Source: a bacterium
Lineage (GTDB): Bacteria > JACRDZ01 > JAQUKH01
Assembly: GCA_028719205.1 (NCBI GenBank)
Contig: JAQUKH010000008.1
Coordinates: 1-64,000, forward strand
Direction of reading: 5' to 3'
DNA: 64,000 nt
Shown here: one piece after another, positions 9,901 through 18,748 of the stretch
Numbering within the stretch: position 1 is the stretch's first letter
How the letters are laid out: every line of letters begins with the position of its first letter
The notes under the pieces: generated by a model
What the model was told of the DNA's origin: nothing
Seen by the model: only the letters and a program-made list of their open reading frames with translations
The model's database searches: none
Program-made: the position numbers and the translations under genes

Positions 9901-11218
9901 CACCCGACATATCATATGGGTTCTGGTTCGTCATATAAACATGTGGAAACCATAGATTACCGGGCTTCCAACCCCAGTTCCATGTTGGATCCTGGCTGGC
10001 AAGTGTTGCGGTATCAGGTTGAAAAGTTTTATCTTGGATAACCAGGGGAATTCCGTATCTATAAACACCAGCAGGAGTTCCCTGATCCGGAATTATAGCG
10101 GAATCAATAAGTGACTCTTCTGTAGAATCCACCAGCAAATAAGGAGCGGCCTCACCGCCATAAACATTCAGGCGTGTAATCCCATAAGAATGGTCATGAT
10201 AGAACATCAAACGCCCGCTCTGCTCGTTTGGATAAAAGAAAGTCATCTCACCATCTCCGGTAGCCGGCATATCAGGCACATCCCGGTTACTATCACCCTT
10301 CAGGTATGAAGTCGCTTCTCCTGCCGGAACAGTCCATTGGTGCGGTGTCCCATCGCTTATCCACGGTGTGTTACCGCCGTGCAGATGAAGAGTCGCGCGG
10401 TTTTCTGAATAATTTGAACCAAGCGGTCCCATCCCTGCTCCCATAATTGTAGTATCGACAGGCAAAAACAGGCTGCTGTTCGGGATCAATTGGTTATAAA
10501 ACTTTACCCTGACCGGCTTGTCTTTCTTCGCGATTATTACCGGCCCCAGGTAATGATTAGTTGTATCACCCAGAGGATTTAAGTCCCTGTAACCACGCAG
10601 TTGGGTTGAATCCAGGTCTGAATGCATCTTCTCCGCATAATCGGATACCCCAATTTGATAATAATCAGATCCGGGATATGCCGCAGTATCAGCGGTCGCG
10701 ATAGGAATGTATTTTCCTAGATTGTTTGCTTGCCCGGCTCCCAAACCCGGCAATGAATCCACAAATTTTCTTATACCAATCACTTTACCGCTGCCGTCCT
10801 TTTTCAGGCCGTAACCACTGCCTCCATTATTAACAGTAATATCTACAACGGAACCATCGAATATCACTGCAGTCGCAATGGCGCCCGAACCGCTGGCACT
10901 TGTAATTTTAACATCAGGAATACCGGTATAATTAATACCTCCATAAGTAACTGTAAAACTAGTAATAGCGCCGGTTATTAAATTCACATTTGCTACCGCG
11001 GTGGCTCCAACTCCTCCACCACTCAAGATCGTACCAATCGCGACGACAGCATCAGCTTTAGCCTGCGGGCTGTTCGCGTAGTTCGGGTAAGTGCCGAAAT
11101 AATCCGGTGTCCCGCCCGGCACAGGGATTAGAGCATATACTTTGCTGACTCCACTTGCAAAACAAAATATTAAAAACAATAAACTCATAAATATATTAAT
11201 AAATTTTCTCTTATTCAT
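6926..11218 (-). CDS. Large secreted multicopper oxidase (OmpB/MofA-like) with FN3 and four C-terminal putative Ig domains
   Basis: Copper motifs HLHGG, FYHDH, HAIHVH and WHCHLLGHEENDMM; N-terminal PDYFG..PNYANSP and IRKFVDSLPG; FN3 (LAWNDNS..ETGF); repeated LPxG..G.ISGTPT..GTF.FTV units. Start moved to 11218. Confidence 0.9.
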   Translation of the reverse strand: MNKRKFINIFMSLLFLIFCFASGVSKVYALIPVPGGTPDYFGTYPNYANSPQAKADAVVAIGTILSGGGVGATAVANVNLITGAITSFTVTYGGINYTGIPDVKITSASGSGAIATAVIFDGSVVDITVNNGGSGYGLKKDGSGKVIGIRKFVDSLPGLGAGQANNLGKYIPIATADTAAYPGSDYYQIGVSDYAEKMHSDLDSTQLRGYRDLNPLGDTTNHYLGPVIIAKKDKPVRVKFYNQLIPNSSLFLPVDTTIMGAGMGPLGSNYSENRATLHLHGGNTPWISDGTPHQWTVPAGEATSYLKGDSNRDVPDMPATGDGEMTFFYPNEQSGRLMFYHDHSYGITRLNVYGGEAAPYLLVDSTEESLIDSAIIPDQGTPAGVYRYGIPLVIQDKTFQPDTATLASQDPTWNWGWKPGNLWFPHVYMTNQNPYDMSGANGIGRWDYGPWFWPPFTGLANGAVANPYYDIINAPWEPPEIPGTPNPSLVPEAFMDCPIVNGTAYPYINVDPKAYRFRILNACNDRFVDLQLYTAKSDLPMWDTTTGVLLDPNAGEVNMVPAVPHPFSDTTWPSRWPTDGRDGGVPDPLSIGPSMIQIGTEGGLLPAPVVIPSTPIAYEYNRRNIVVLNVTNHALFLGPAERADVVIDFSAYAGKTLILYSDAPAPVPAFDPRIDYYTGDPDQTPEGGAPTTLPGYGPNTRTIMQIHVSNTTPAPAYNLGALQTALPVAYAATQSAPIVPQAAYNTAFSANYPADAFARIEDTSMTFIPAGETTAISMEMKPKAIQELFEPNYGRMNAILGVELPFTNMLTQTTIPYFYIDPPTEIIKMSANATQIGAAADGTQLWKITHNGVDTHAIHVHLFNVQLINRVGWDGMVKPPEPNEIGWKETVRMNPLEDIIIALRPVNQNLPWPIPNSVRLLDVTMPQGSLMGFTNIDPNGNPVTVINDTANFGAEYVWHCHLLGHEENDMMRPMVVGVTPNVPSNLTAQGFFGSLGVNLAWNDNSLNETGFNIYRANDTGFVTGLETVTVGENVTTYTDTTIVTGQIYYYKVSASNTVGSNAPGYPTMALESGFSNTAIAGAPPVITTASPLPTGIRNVFYSQTLAATGGFTPYKWVRTAGTLPAGVTLSTSGVISGTPTNTGTFSFTVKVTDGIGSIATKTFSLRVVNQVSITTVSPLPAATLGTSYSINLAATGGISPYTWSKTAGTLPNGLTLTGSRISGIPTAVGTFNFTVRVMDTLGLFATKDFSITVSIGVLSITTGTPLPAGILGSSYSRTLTATGGISPYSWLLTAGSLPNGLVLSGTGVISGRLTATGTFNFTVQVMDSVGTIATKAFTMTVNIGPLSITTVSPLPSGTLGTSYSRRLSASGGVSPYSWSLTAGNLPNGLVLSGTGLISGTPTATGTFNFTVQVMDSVGTTATKGFSLTVN
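6935..7980 (-). repeat. Tandem ~264-bp Ig-domain coding repeats
   Basis: Segments starting at 6951 and 7215 are near-identical in DNA; the other two units are more diverged. Confidence 0.85.
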
Positions 11219-11489
11219 TTGTTGTCCCTCCTCCCATATCGCAACCAGTTGTTGTATCAGAGGATGTTGAATCAGAAGAGGTTGTTTCAAGAGACTTCTG
11301 GGCGCGTGCATCTGCCGCGCGCCTCGCAGCATCTTTCCTTTGCTCAGGTGTTATGCGCCTCTCAGCACGCTCTATAACGGAAGTCGAATCATGGCTTGGC
11401 TGTGTGGCTTCCTGCGCAAAAATCCGGCCTGCCGCCCATAAAAGAGAACCTGCTATCAACAGCATAATTAAAAATTTTTTCTTGTTCAT
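11211..11489 (-). CDS. Small secreted protein overlapping the oxidase start
   Basis: Signal peptide; RRITPEQRKDAARRAA helix; stop overlaps the MCO start region. Confidence 0.7.
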   Translation of the reverse strand: MNKKKFLIMLLIAGSLLWAAGRIFAQEATQPSHDSTSVIERAERRITPEQRKDAARRAADARAQKSLETTSSDSTSSDTTTGCDMGGGTTNE

Positions 11490-11559
11490 ACTATAGTCCT
11501 TTCTTTTTGTGTTTCTTTGAAGATTAATTAAATTTTTATATTTAAGCATTTAGAAGAAT

Positions 11560-11877
11560 TCAAACAGGGGGAGCCAATGCAGAATAAAAGTTATCGAAAA
11601 ACTGGTGAGGAATAATATATTTTTCAACAAGATTAAAATGTCCAACTATTGTAAATATAGAATGGAAAAGCGCAGCTATTTCCAAAAACAGGACCATCTG
11701 GCCGAAATTACACAGCGGGCATTGGTTACTGCCGTCAGGCGCAGGGACACTGCTTAACGGATTGGACAGAGGCCCCTTAGTTTCATGTATCACCGAAAAA
11801 TGGATCGGGGAATATGTCAGAAAGCAAAGGCTGCAATATATGAATAAAATTAAAACTGAATTTTTTTTCACGGACAT
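11560..11877 (-). CDS. DUF2946-like protein (TM/signal, CxxC, C-terminal xAPP)
   Basis: N-terminal hydrophobic segment, His residues, QCPLC motif and terminal SALAPPV*. Confidence 0.65.
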   Translation of the reverse strand: MSVKKNSVLILFIYCSLCFLTYSPIHFSVIHETKGPLSNPLSSVPAPDGSNQCPLCNFGQMVLFLEIAALFHSIFTIVGHFNLVEKYIIPHQFFDNFYSALAPPV

Positions 11878-11929
11878 TACTTTCTTCCCCTTTTAGTTTT
11901 AAGAATAATTATATATTTTTTAAAGAACA

Positions 11930-11970
11930 TATCAATTGGCTGAATCTATTTTTTATTGACTTTTTTCCAT
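11930..11970 (-). promoter_or_regulatory. Conserved upstream motif, copy C
   Basis: ATGGAAAAAAGTCAATAAAAAATAGATTCAGCCAATTGATA followed by TATAAT. Confidence 0.7.
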
Positions 11971-12010
11971 AATAACCTTAAGACAAATAAAAGAAAGGGG
12001 ATATTATTTC

Positions 12011-12301
12011 TTATTTGAATTTAACAGTACCGCATTCCGCGTGCGCGCCATGCATCTTGACACGTATTTCTTCCGCTGTGCACTCCAGACAATCATTATA
12101 TTTACACGCCTCCACCTTGCACGCGCCTACACCGGTGCTGACATCTTTACAGCCGGCCTTTTTTTTATCCATCATTGATGTGTCGCACTCCGGGCAATCA
12201 CCGCCTCCGATAGTGATCCCCAAAGCATGGCATTTATCTTTCATATTATAGGAACACCCTGAAGCGTTACAACCCAAAACTTTGCTCATTTCATTATTCA
12301 T
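12011..12301 (-). CDS. DUF1540-family Cys-rich protein
   Basis: Duplicated CxxxxCxYN...CxAxxIxI...C pattern; GGAGGTG SD. Confidence 0.75.
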   Translation of the reverse strand: MNNEMSKVLGCNASGCSYNMKDKCHALGITIGGGDCPECDTSMMDKKKAGCKDVSTGVGACKVEACKYNDCLECTAEEIRVKMHGAHAECGTVKFK

Positions 12302-12402
12302 AAAAATCACCTCCCCGTTTATAAGTTTTTGTAAAATAAAAAATATCCCCTTCTTCTATAAAAATATATTTATCGTTTCCATAATATACTTTTTTTATTA
12401 AA

Positions 12403-12480
12403 AAGAAATAGGGCGTTTCCGCTTTTATCTGATTTTTCACCACTTGGAAATAAATCAGGAAAAAGCGGATTAAGCCACAG
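12403..12480. promoter_or_regulatory. Back-to-back motif copies D (-) and E (+)
   Basis: Minus: TGGTGAAAAATCAGATAAAAGCGGAAACGCCCTATT. Plus: TGGAAATAAATCAGGAAAAAGCGGATTAAGCCA. Confidence 0.6.
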
Positions 12481-12527
12481 GTTTAAAAGATGGAAAATGT
12501 TCGAAATGCAGGACAAAAACAGCAGAT

Positions 12528-13589
12528 TTATTTTTTTTCAAAAAGTTTTTTATATTCCGCGTATCCTTCTTTTTCAAGATCCTCTTTTGGTATAAACCTC
12601 ATCGCCGCGGAATTCAAGCAATAACGCAATCCTGCAGGCGCGGGCCCGTCTTTAAAGACATGGCCCAGATGAGAATCGGCATGGGCACTTCTTACTTCGG
12701 TTCTTGTCATAAAAAATCCTCTGTCTATTTTTTCCACGATATTTTTTGTTTCAAGCGGGCGTGTAAAACTGGGCCAGCCGGTTTTTGAATCGTATTTATC
12801 AATAGAACTGAATAAAGGCTCACCGGAAATTATATCCACGTAGATCCCCTCTTTGTGATTATCCCAATATTCATTCTTATATGCCGGTTCCGTTCCGTTT
12901 TTCTGAGTCACTTCATATTGTAATGGAGTTAATTTCTTTTTTAGTTCTTCTTTCGAAAGTTTTTTGTCCGCCGCGGCGGACAGGCCCTCCACAGCGGGAA
13001 GGTCCCATATCTTTTTTAAATACTGGTCGCGGCCGCAGTTGAACCGGTAATATTTATATCTTATTGGATTCTTTTTATGATAATCCTGGTGATATTCTTC
13101 GGCTTTATAAAATTCAGATGCTTTAATGATTTCAGTTACAATCGGTTTCTTAAACCTTCCGTTTTTTCCCAGTTCTTCTTCTGATTTTTTCGCTGCCTGC
13201 CTTTGTTCCTCATTAAAATAGAATATCGCTGACCTGTATTGCGGGCCCCTGTCACAAAATTGGCCGTCCGGATCGGTTGGATCTATTTGCCTGAAAAGCA
13301 CATTCAAAAGCTCTTCATAAGTTATTTTAGACGGATCATAAGTAATTTTTACGGCTTCAATATGGCCTTTATTCGCGTAATTTTCATAAGTTGGATTTTG
13401 GCCGGTCCCGCCTGTATATCCTGATATTACTTCCTTTACACCATTTAGATTTTCAAACGGCGGCTGCATACACCAGAAACATCCTCCCGCAAAAATCGCT
13501 GTTTCATATTTTGTGCCAGCATATATAATTGGCATTAAAACAGGCAGAAATTGTAAAATAAATAAACTTTTTAAAATTTTTTCTATCAT
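12528..13589 (-). CDS. msrAB: Bifunctional methionine sulfoxide reductase MsrA/MsrB, probably exported
   Basis: [26 protein letters not shown] and RYCLNS motifs; hydrophobic N-terminus. Confidence 0.95.
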   Translation of the reverse strand: MIEKILKSLFILQFLPVLMPIIYAGTKYETAIFAGGCFWCMQPPFENLNGVKEVISGYTGGTGQNPTYENYANKGHIEAVKITYDPSKITYEELLNVLFRQIDPTDPDGQFCDRGPQYRSAIFYFNEEQRQAAKKSEEELGKNGRFKKPIVTEIIKASEFYKAEEYHQDYHKKNPIRYKYYRFNCGRDQYLKKIWDLPAVEGLSAAADKKLSKEELKKKLTPLQYEVTQKNGTEPAYKNEYWDNHKEGIYVDIISGEPLFSSIDKYDSKTGWPSFTRPLETKNIVEKIDRGFFMTRTEVRSAHADSHLGHVFKDGPAPAGLRYCLNSAAMRFIPKEDLEKEGYAEYKKLFEKK

Positions 13590-13604
13590 ATTTATCCTCC
13601 TGCT

Positions 13605-14249
13605 TTAATTCGCATGCTCCAGAAACCACTCCACTGCATTATCGCTGACAAGTTCCAATGCACCGGGCTCTTCAAACAAATGCGTTGCCCCCGGGATAAT
13701 CGTAAGTTTTTTTTCCGCGTTCAATTTTCCCAGTGCTTCCTTATTCAATCTGATTACAGTTGTATCATTTTCCCCTACAATTAACAGGGCCGGAGACTTA
13801 ACCTTGGATAACCAGTCAAAAGCAAGATCAGGCCTGCCGCCGCGGGAAACTACGGCGAATATACTGTTACCAATTTTAGCTGAAGCTTGTAAAGCGGCTG
13901 CCGCTCCCGTACTGGCGCCAAAATATCCAATTTTAAATTTTTTACTTATTTTATTTTTCCTAAGCCATTCCGTAGCACTGATTAAACGAGAAGCCAAAAG
14001 GTCAATGTCAAACCTCAACTCCGCAGTATATGAATCCCTGTCTTCTTCATCGGGGGTTAAAAGATCAATAAGTAAAGTCCCAAAACCAGCTTCATTCAAC
14101 CTTTGAGCTACAAATCTATTTCTCTGGCTGAAACGGCTGCTGCCGCTTCCATGAGCAAAAACCACTATTCCTTTTATCTCCCCTGTTATTGCCAGATCAC
14201 CGTCAATTTTAACTTTTCCGCTTTGGATTTGAATTGATTGTTTATCCAT
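13605..14249 (-). CDS. Dienelactone hydrolase-like alpha/beta hydrolase
   Basis: FAHGSGSSR, YFGASTG, VSRGGRPDLA and GATHLFEE motifs. Confidence 0.85.
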   Translation of the reverse strand: MDKQSIQIQSGKVKIDGDLAITGEIKGIVVFAHGSGSSRFSQRNRFVAQRLNEAGFGTLLIDLLTPDEEDRDSYTAELRFDIDLLASRLISATEWLRKNKISKKFKIGYFGASTGAAAALQASAKIGNSIFAVVSRGGRPDLAFDWLSKVKSPALLIVGENDTTVIRLNKEALGKLNAEKKLTIIPGATHLFEEPGALELVSDNAVEWFLEHAN

Positions 14250-14925
14250 ATTTAAGCCTTTCTTGTTCCTCTTTAAGTATTTCTAAGATCTCTTCATCAG
14301 TTGTTTGTTCAAAATTAATATAAAAAGCGCCGACTGCGCCAAAAAAAGCAGGGACACGCAAACATATAATTTCATCGCAAAGAAGAGCGATTTCTTCTAT
14401 TGAGTCTCTCGGGCCGACAGGCAGAGCGGCGATCAATTTCTCAGGCGATTCATTTTTAGCCGAAATAAGCGCGGCCTTCATTGTGGCTCCCGTCGCGATA
14501 CCGTCATCTGTTATTATTACTGTTTTATTTTTTAGTTCTCTTTTTGGTAAAATTTTCCGGTAATAAGAAGCCCTTTGCCTTATATTTATTAACTGTTTTT
14601 CCGCCTCACTTTTTATAGCCGCATCTTCAATTTCATTTATAGAAAAGTCCCTGTCTCCAAAATTAATTCTCCCGCTTTCACTTACGGCTCCTATGGCATA
14701 TTCCGGATTATAAGGCGACCCGATCTTATGGGTTAAAACAACATCAAGATGGGAATTTATGATTTTGCATATTTCCATGGCAATAATAATCCCGCCTCTC
14801 GGGATCCCGAGGACAATTGCTTCATTAAATTTATATTTTTTTAATGCCCGGCCAAGCATTTGTCCCGCCTCTTCACGGTCAAGAAAAGGTTCATTGCTTG
14901 TTGATAATATGTTTATTTTTCCCAT
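14242..14925 (-). CDS. Phosphoribosyltransferase family protein
   Basis: FLDREEAG, LGIPRGG and ITDDGIATGAT (PRPP loop). Confidence 0.9.
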   Translation of the reverse strand: MGKINILSTSNEPFLDREEAGQMLGRALKKYKFNEAIVLGIPRGGIIIAMEICKIINSHLDVVLTHKIGSPYNPEYAIGAVSESGRINFGDRDFSINEIEDAAIKSEAEKQLINIRQRASYYRKILPKRELKNKTVIITDDGIATGATMKAALISAKNESPEKLIAALPVGPRDSIEEIALLCDEIICLRVPAFFGAVGAFYINFEQTTDEEILEILKEEQERLKYG

Positions 14926-15680
14926 TTTAATTTATCCAATGAAATTGTGTATTCTTTCCGCAATTTATCATATTTTATAGAATATTCAGACGGATAATAT
15001 CCTTTCTTTTGAAAAGCCTCCGGAAGTTTAATGGTTTGAGTCTCATTTGGCCCTGATTCCAGAAAGGTTTTGGTAATCATAGGTTCTAAAAATGCTATTT
15101 CCCCGTTGTAGGATCCGTAAATTAAAGTCCGTGTGAATGGTTGTTTGTTCAATTCAGGAGCGGACGAGTCTATCCAATGCACTCCCATATGAGGGACTTC
15201 CATCCCTTCCTGTAAAATATACCCGGATGGTATATATTCTGATGCCGGCTTTTTGTAACACCTCGCAAGGTCATCGCCTTTAGCGGTAATTTTATCCCGC
15301 TCCTTTTGAGTTAATATATAGAAATGAATATCGAAATGAGGTACATCATAAATACCCGCTGGAGCGTGGCCATAAGGATTCCAATCCAGCGAAATATGTG
15401 TAAAGGGAACCGCCGTTACCTCTTTCGGTAAAGTCAATAGATAATCAAAGCTATCCAGTTCTTTAGAGGACGGAATTACAGGTAAACCTGAAAGAGCGGT
15501 TTGAGTAAAGGTAACTCCTATCGCGACCGGATTTCCTTTTTTGTCAACTTTTACCCAGGCCCATCCGGTACCATTTCCTACCGGCTTGCGCTCTCCAAAA
15601 AAAACATCACTATTTGCCAATGCTATTCGCGCCAAAAAAATAAATGATATAATTAAACTTAACCTGATAAAACGCTTCAT
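14913..15680 (-). CDS. Secreted DUF5602/TTHB210-like protein
   Basis: Signal peptide; DWNPxGH, PHFDIHFY, VPHMGVHW and FLEPMIT motifs. Confidence 0.7.
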   Translation of the reverse strand: MKRFIRLSLIISFIFLARIALANSDVFFGERKPVGNGTGWAWVKVDKKGNPVAIGVTFTQTALSGLPVIPSSKELDSFDYLLTLPKEVTAVPFTHISLDWNPYGHAPAGIYDVPHFDIHFYILTQKERDKITAKGDDLARCYKKPASEYIPSGYILQEGMEVPHMGVHWIDSSAPELNKQPFTRTLIYGSYNGEIAFLEPMITKTFLESGPNETQTIKLPEAFQKKGYYPSEYSIKYDKLRKEYTISLDKLKWEK

Positions 15681-15713
15681 AATAAAAACAATACTATTTT
15701 ATTTTCTTGAAAG

Positions 15714-15825
15714 TGTAAATGGGGGAAACCTACTTTTTTATGACATATTTCCACCTTTGCTTTTAAACCTTTCATAATTTAAAGCGGTAATAAATCAATA
15801 ATAAGTGGATTTAGCCTATTTATTT
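15714..15825. promoter_or_regulatory. Divergent motif copies F (-) and G (+)
   Basis: Minus: TGGAAATATGTCATAAAAAAGTAGGTTTCCCCCATTTACA. Plus: CGGTAATAAATCAATAATAAGTGGATTTAGCCTATTTATT. Confidence 0.65.
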
Positions 15826-15899
15826 ATTTTCAAAATATGTGTATTCTTATTTTGATAAATCCAATTCTTAATTAAAATTTAAAATAGAAGGATAAAGCT

Positions 15900-16118
15900 A
15901 TGCATTGGGGAACATATGGGTGTGGAATGACTTTCGGATGGATATTCATTTGTATTTTCTGGATATTTATTATAGCTGGAATTATTAAAATGATCTCATG
16001 CAAAAGGCATCATTGGACGGAAGAATCAGCGATGGATATTCTTAAAAAAAGATACGCAAAAGGGGAAATAAATAAAGAAGATTTTGAGAAGATGAAAAAT
16101 GATATTGCTAAAACCTAA
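15900..16118 (+). CDS. SHOCT-domain membrane protein
   Basis: TM helix followed by AMDILKKRYAKGEINKEDF. Confidence 0.85.
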   Translation: MHWGTYGCGMTFGWIFICIFWIFIIAGIIKMISCKRHHWTEESAMDILKKRYAKGEINKEDFEKMKNDIAKT

Positions 16119-16137
16119 AATATACATAAGGTAAACT

Positions 16138-17136
16138 ATGTCAGAATTAAGACAGGATCCGACAACCCTTGATTGGGTAATAATCGCGAAAAACAGGTCT
16201 AAACGCCCTGATGAATTTAAAAAAAACGAGCTAAAAAAAATCGCAATTAACGCTTATGAGGAAACTTGCCCTTTTTGTATCGGGAACGAAGACAAAACTC
16301 CAAAAGCTGAAGCGGTTTACGGAGACACCAACGGTAAATGGAATATCAGGGTAGTAGCAAATAAATTCTCAGCGTTAACTCCTGATGGCAATACAAAAAG
16401 AGAAGAATGGAAACTTTTCAGGAAGATCCATGGTTATGGCAGGCATGAAGTCATTATAGAAACACCCTTGCATAACGAATTTATACCCTTTATGTCTGAT
16501 GACCATCTTAAAGATTTTATTATAGCCTTACGGGACCGTTATCATTATTTAAAAAAAGATCCGAACATTAAAATAATTATTATCTTTAAAAATCACGGAG
16601 AGAACGCGGGGACCTCGCTTGGACACCCTCACTCCCAGATCGTAGCATCACCGGTTGTCCCTCCGTATATAAGAAGAAAATTTGAAGTGGCTACTCAGTA
16701 TTTTGATAACACAGGAAGAAGCCTTCATTTTGATCTCCAAAAAGCGGAAATAGAGGATGGCACACGGATCATTGATAATAACCTTAATTTTGTCGCTCTT
16801 CATCCTTTTGCTTCACATTTCCCTTTTGAAACATGGATAATGCCCAAAATCCATAAATCATCATTTGGCAGTATTTCGGATAATGAAATTAATGACCTTA
16901 CCGGTGTTTTGAAAGGTATTCTATTAAAACTTTATAAAAGCCTTAATGATCCTGATTATAATCTGATCATTCATACTGCTCCGGTAGATGATGAACGTAA
17001 AGAATATTACCTCTGGCACATAGAAATAATTCCCAGGCTTACTCAGGTTGCCGGGTTTGAGTTGGGTTCACGGATCACTGTAAATACAGCTTTGCCTGAA
17101 GAAACGGCGGCTTTTATAAGAAATTTCAAAATTTAA
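16138..17136 (+). CDS. galT: Galactose-1-phosphate uridylyltransferase family
   Basis: ELRQDP, CPFC, GTSLGHPHSQ and AGFELG motifs. Confidence 0.9.
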   Translation: MSELRQDPTTLDWVIIAKNRSKRPDEFKKNELKKIAINAYEETCPFCIGNEDKTPKAEAVYGDTNGKWNIRVVANKFSALTPDGNTKREEWKLFRKIHGYGRHEVIIETPLHNEFIPFMSDDHLKDFIIALRDRYHYLKKDPNIKIIIIFKNHGENAGTSLGHPHSQIVASPVVPPYIRRKFEVATQYFDNTGRSLHFDLQKAEIEDGTRIIDNNLNFVALHPFASHFPFETWIMPKIHKSSFGSISDNEINDLTGVLKGILLKLYKSLNDPDYNLIIHTAPVDDERKEYYLWHIEIIPRLTQVAGFELGSRITVNTALPEETAAFIRNFKI

Positions 17137-17152
17137 GAAATCAGGGGAAAAT

Positions 17153-17863
17153 ATGATAAATAATAAGTTTTATTTTTCTATTATTATTCCTGTATTTCAG
17201 GAGGCCGATAAAATTAATGGCCTGATTGAGAATATTCTTAATCAATTTTCCGATGATAAATTCGAAATTATCGTAGTGGATGCTGAAAGCAGTTTAAACA
17301 CAATTAACGCGATAAATATTGAATTCGATAATATAAAGAAAATAACATCAGTAAAGAACAGGGCAAAACAAATGAATGCGGGGGCGTATGTTTCTGAAGG
17401 CGAAGTCCTTGTATTCCTGCACGCGGATTGTGTTTTACCCGGAGACGCCTTAATTCAAATTAAAAAATCTCTTAAATCTGATACGAAAATCGTTGCCGGA
17501 GCATTTGATATAAAAATAGATTCAGATAATATTATTTTCAAAATAATTTCCATAATATCTTCCTTACGTTCGCGCTACACAAAAATTCCATATGGAGACC
17601 AGGCAATATTCGTACAAAAAGAATATTTCTTTAAATTAGGCAAATATAGAGAAATACCAATAATGGAAGATGTTGATCTGATGCTGAGGATCAAAAAAAA
17701 TAACGGCAGAATTCACATATTTTCGGCTAGTGTAACCGCTTCACCCCGCCGGTGGGAAAATGAAGGCATACTGTATTACACGTTAAAAAATTGGATCATA
17801 ACCACTCTTTATTTTATTGGCATTTCTCCTGACAAATTGAAAATATTTTACGGAAATCTATAA
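17153..17863 (+). CDS. GT2 glycosyltransferase, TIGR04283 type (arsenosugar/rSAM-associated)
   Basis: RAKQMNAGA, FLHAD, PYGDQAIF, IMEDV and SPRRW motifs. Confidence 0.85.
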   Translation: MINNKFYFSIIIPVFQEADKINGLIENILNQFSDDKFEIIVVDAESSLNTINAINIEFDNIKKITSVKNRAKQMNAGAYVSEGEVLVFLHADCVLPGDALIQIKKSLKSDTKIVAGAFDIKIDSDNIIFKIISIISSLRSRYTKIPYGDQAIFVQKEYFFKLGKYREIPIMEDVDLMLRIKKNNGRIHIFSASVTASPRRWENEGILYYTLKNWIITTLYFIGISPDKLKIFYGNL

Positions 17864-17865
17864 GT

Positions 17866-18087
17866 ATGGATAATGAAAGCCCTGTCCAGGGTAAAACCTT
17901 TTCTTTATATGGTAACGCGTGCGATACAAATAATTATTATAATGACATTGATAAAATAATACGCCTGTGCCTTGAAAAGTGCCCTGACAGAAGAATATTA
18001 ATACATTTGCTGGAAGAAAAAAGCGGTAAAGGCGAATTTCATCAAACTTTTATAAATATGGAAGAACTTGAAAAACTTATAACTTGA
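17866..18087 (+). CDS. Short hypothetical protein, possibly a truncated gene fragment
   Basis: Starts 2 bp after the GT2 stop; overlaps tail-to-tail with the DedA-family gene. Confidence 0.35.
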   Translation: MDNESPVQGKTFSLYGNACDTNNYYNDIDKIIRLCLEKCPDRRILIHLLEEKSGKGEFHQTFINMEELEKLIT

Positions 18088-18748
18088 TTTTTTTCTTTTT
18101 AATAACAGGGATAAAAGCGAATACTGCCAGGAGCAAAAAAGCAAATATGATTTTTGATGATAAAATATCTTTTAATGACGAGATAGTATTTAATTGGCTG
18201 CCGGCAAATGTGTAAACTAATGAACCCGGTATTATACCGACAGATGTTGTCCAGACAAAAGTAATAAACGGGATCGCGGTCAACGCGGCCAGTATATTAA
18301 TAAGAAAAAACGGGAAAACCGGGATAAATCTCATTATCAATAAATATTTATAGCCATTTTCATTTATTTCATCATTAAATTTAACCAGCCTGTCTTTATA
18401 TCTTTTCTGTATCCATTCTCCTAATAAATATCGGGCGGCGAGAAACACCAGCCCCGCGCCGATTGTAGCTCCAATATTCACATAAACGGCACCATTTATC
18501 GTCCCGAACAAGTATCCTCCTGCCAGTGTAAGAATAACAGCTCCCGGAATCGATAATGATACTGTAATGATGTATATGAATATATAAATAACAACGGACA
18601 ATAAATAATTATGGCCCACAAAAGCCTTCAGGTTTTCTTTATTATTTCTCAGATTTTCAAACGTAAGATATGCCGCGATTCCCGTAAATTTAATAACTAA
18701 AAACATTAATATTATTGTAAATATTATTAATATTTTTTTCTTGTTCAT
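18077..18748 (-). CDS. TVP38/TMEM64 (DedA/SNARE-associated) membrane protein
   Basis: PGAVILTLAGGYLFG, GATIGA, RFIPVFPF and GIIPG motifs. Confidence 0.9.
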   Translation of the reverse strand: MNKKKILIIFTIILMFLVIKFTGIAAYLTFENLRNNKENLKAFVGHNYLLSVVIYIFIYIITVSLSIPGAVILTLAGGYLFGTINGAVYVNIGATIGAGLVFLAARYLLGEWIQKRYKDRLVKFNDEINENGYKYLLIMRFIPVFPFFLINILAALTAIPFITFVWTTSVGIIPGSLVYTFAGSQLNTISSLKDILSSKIIFAFLLLAVFAFIPVIKKKKIKL

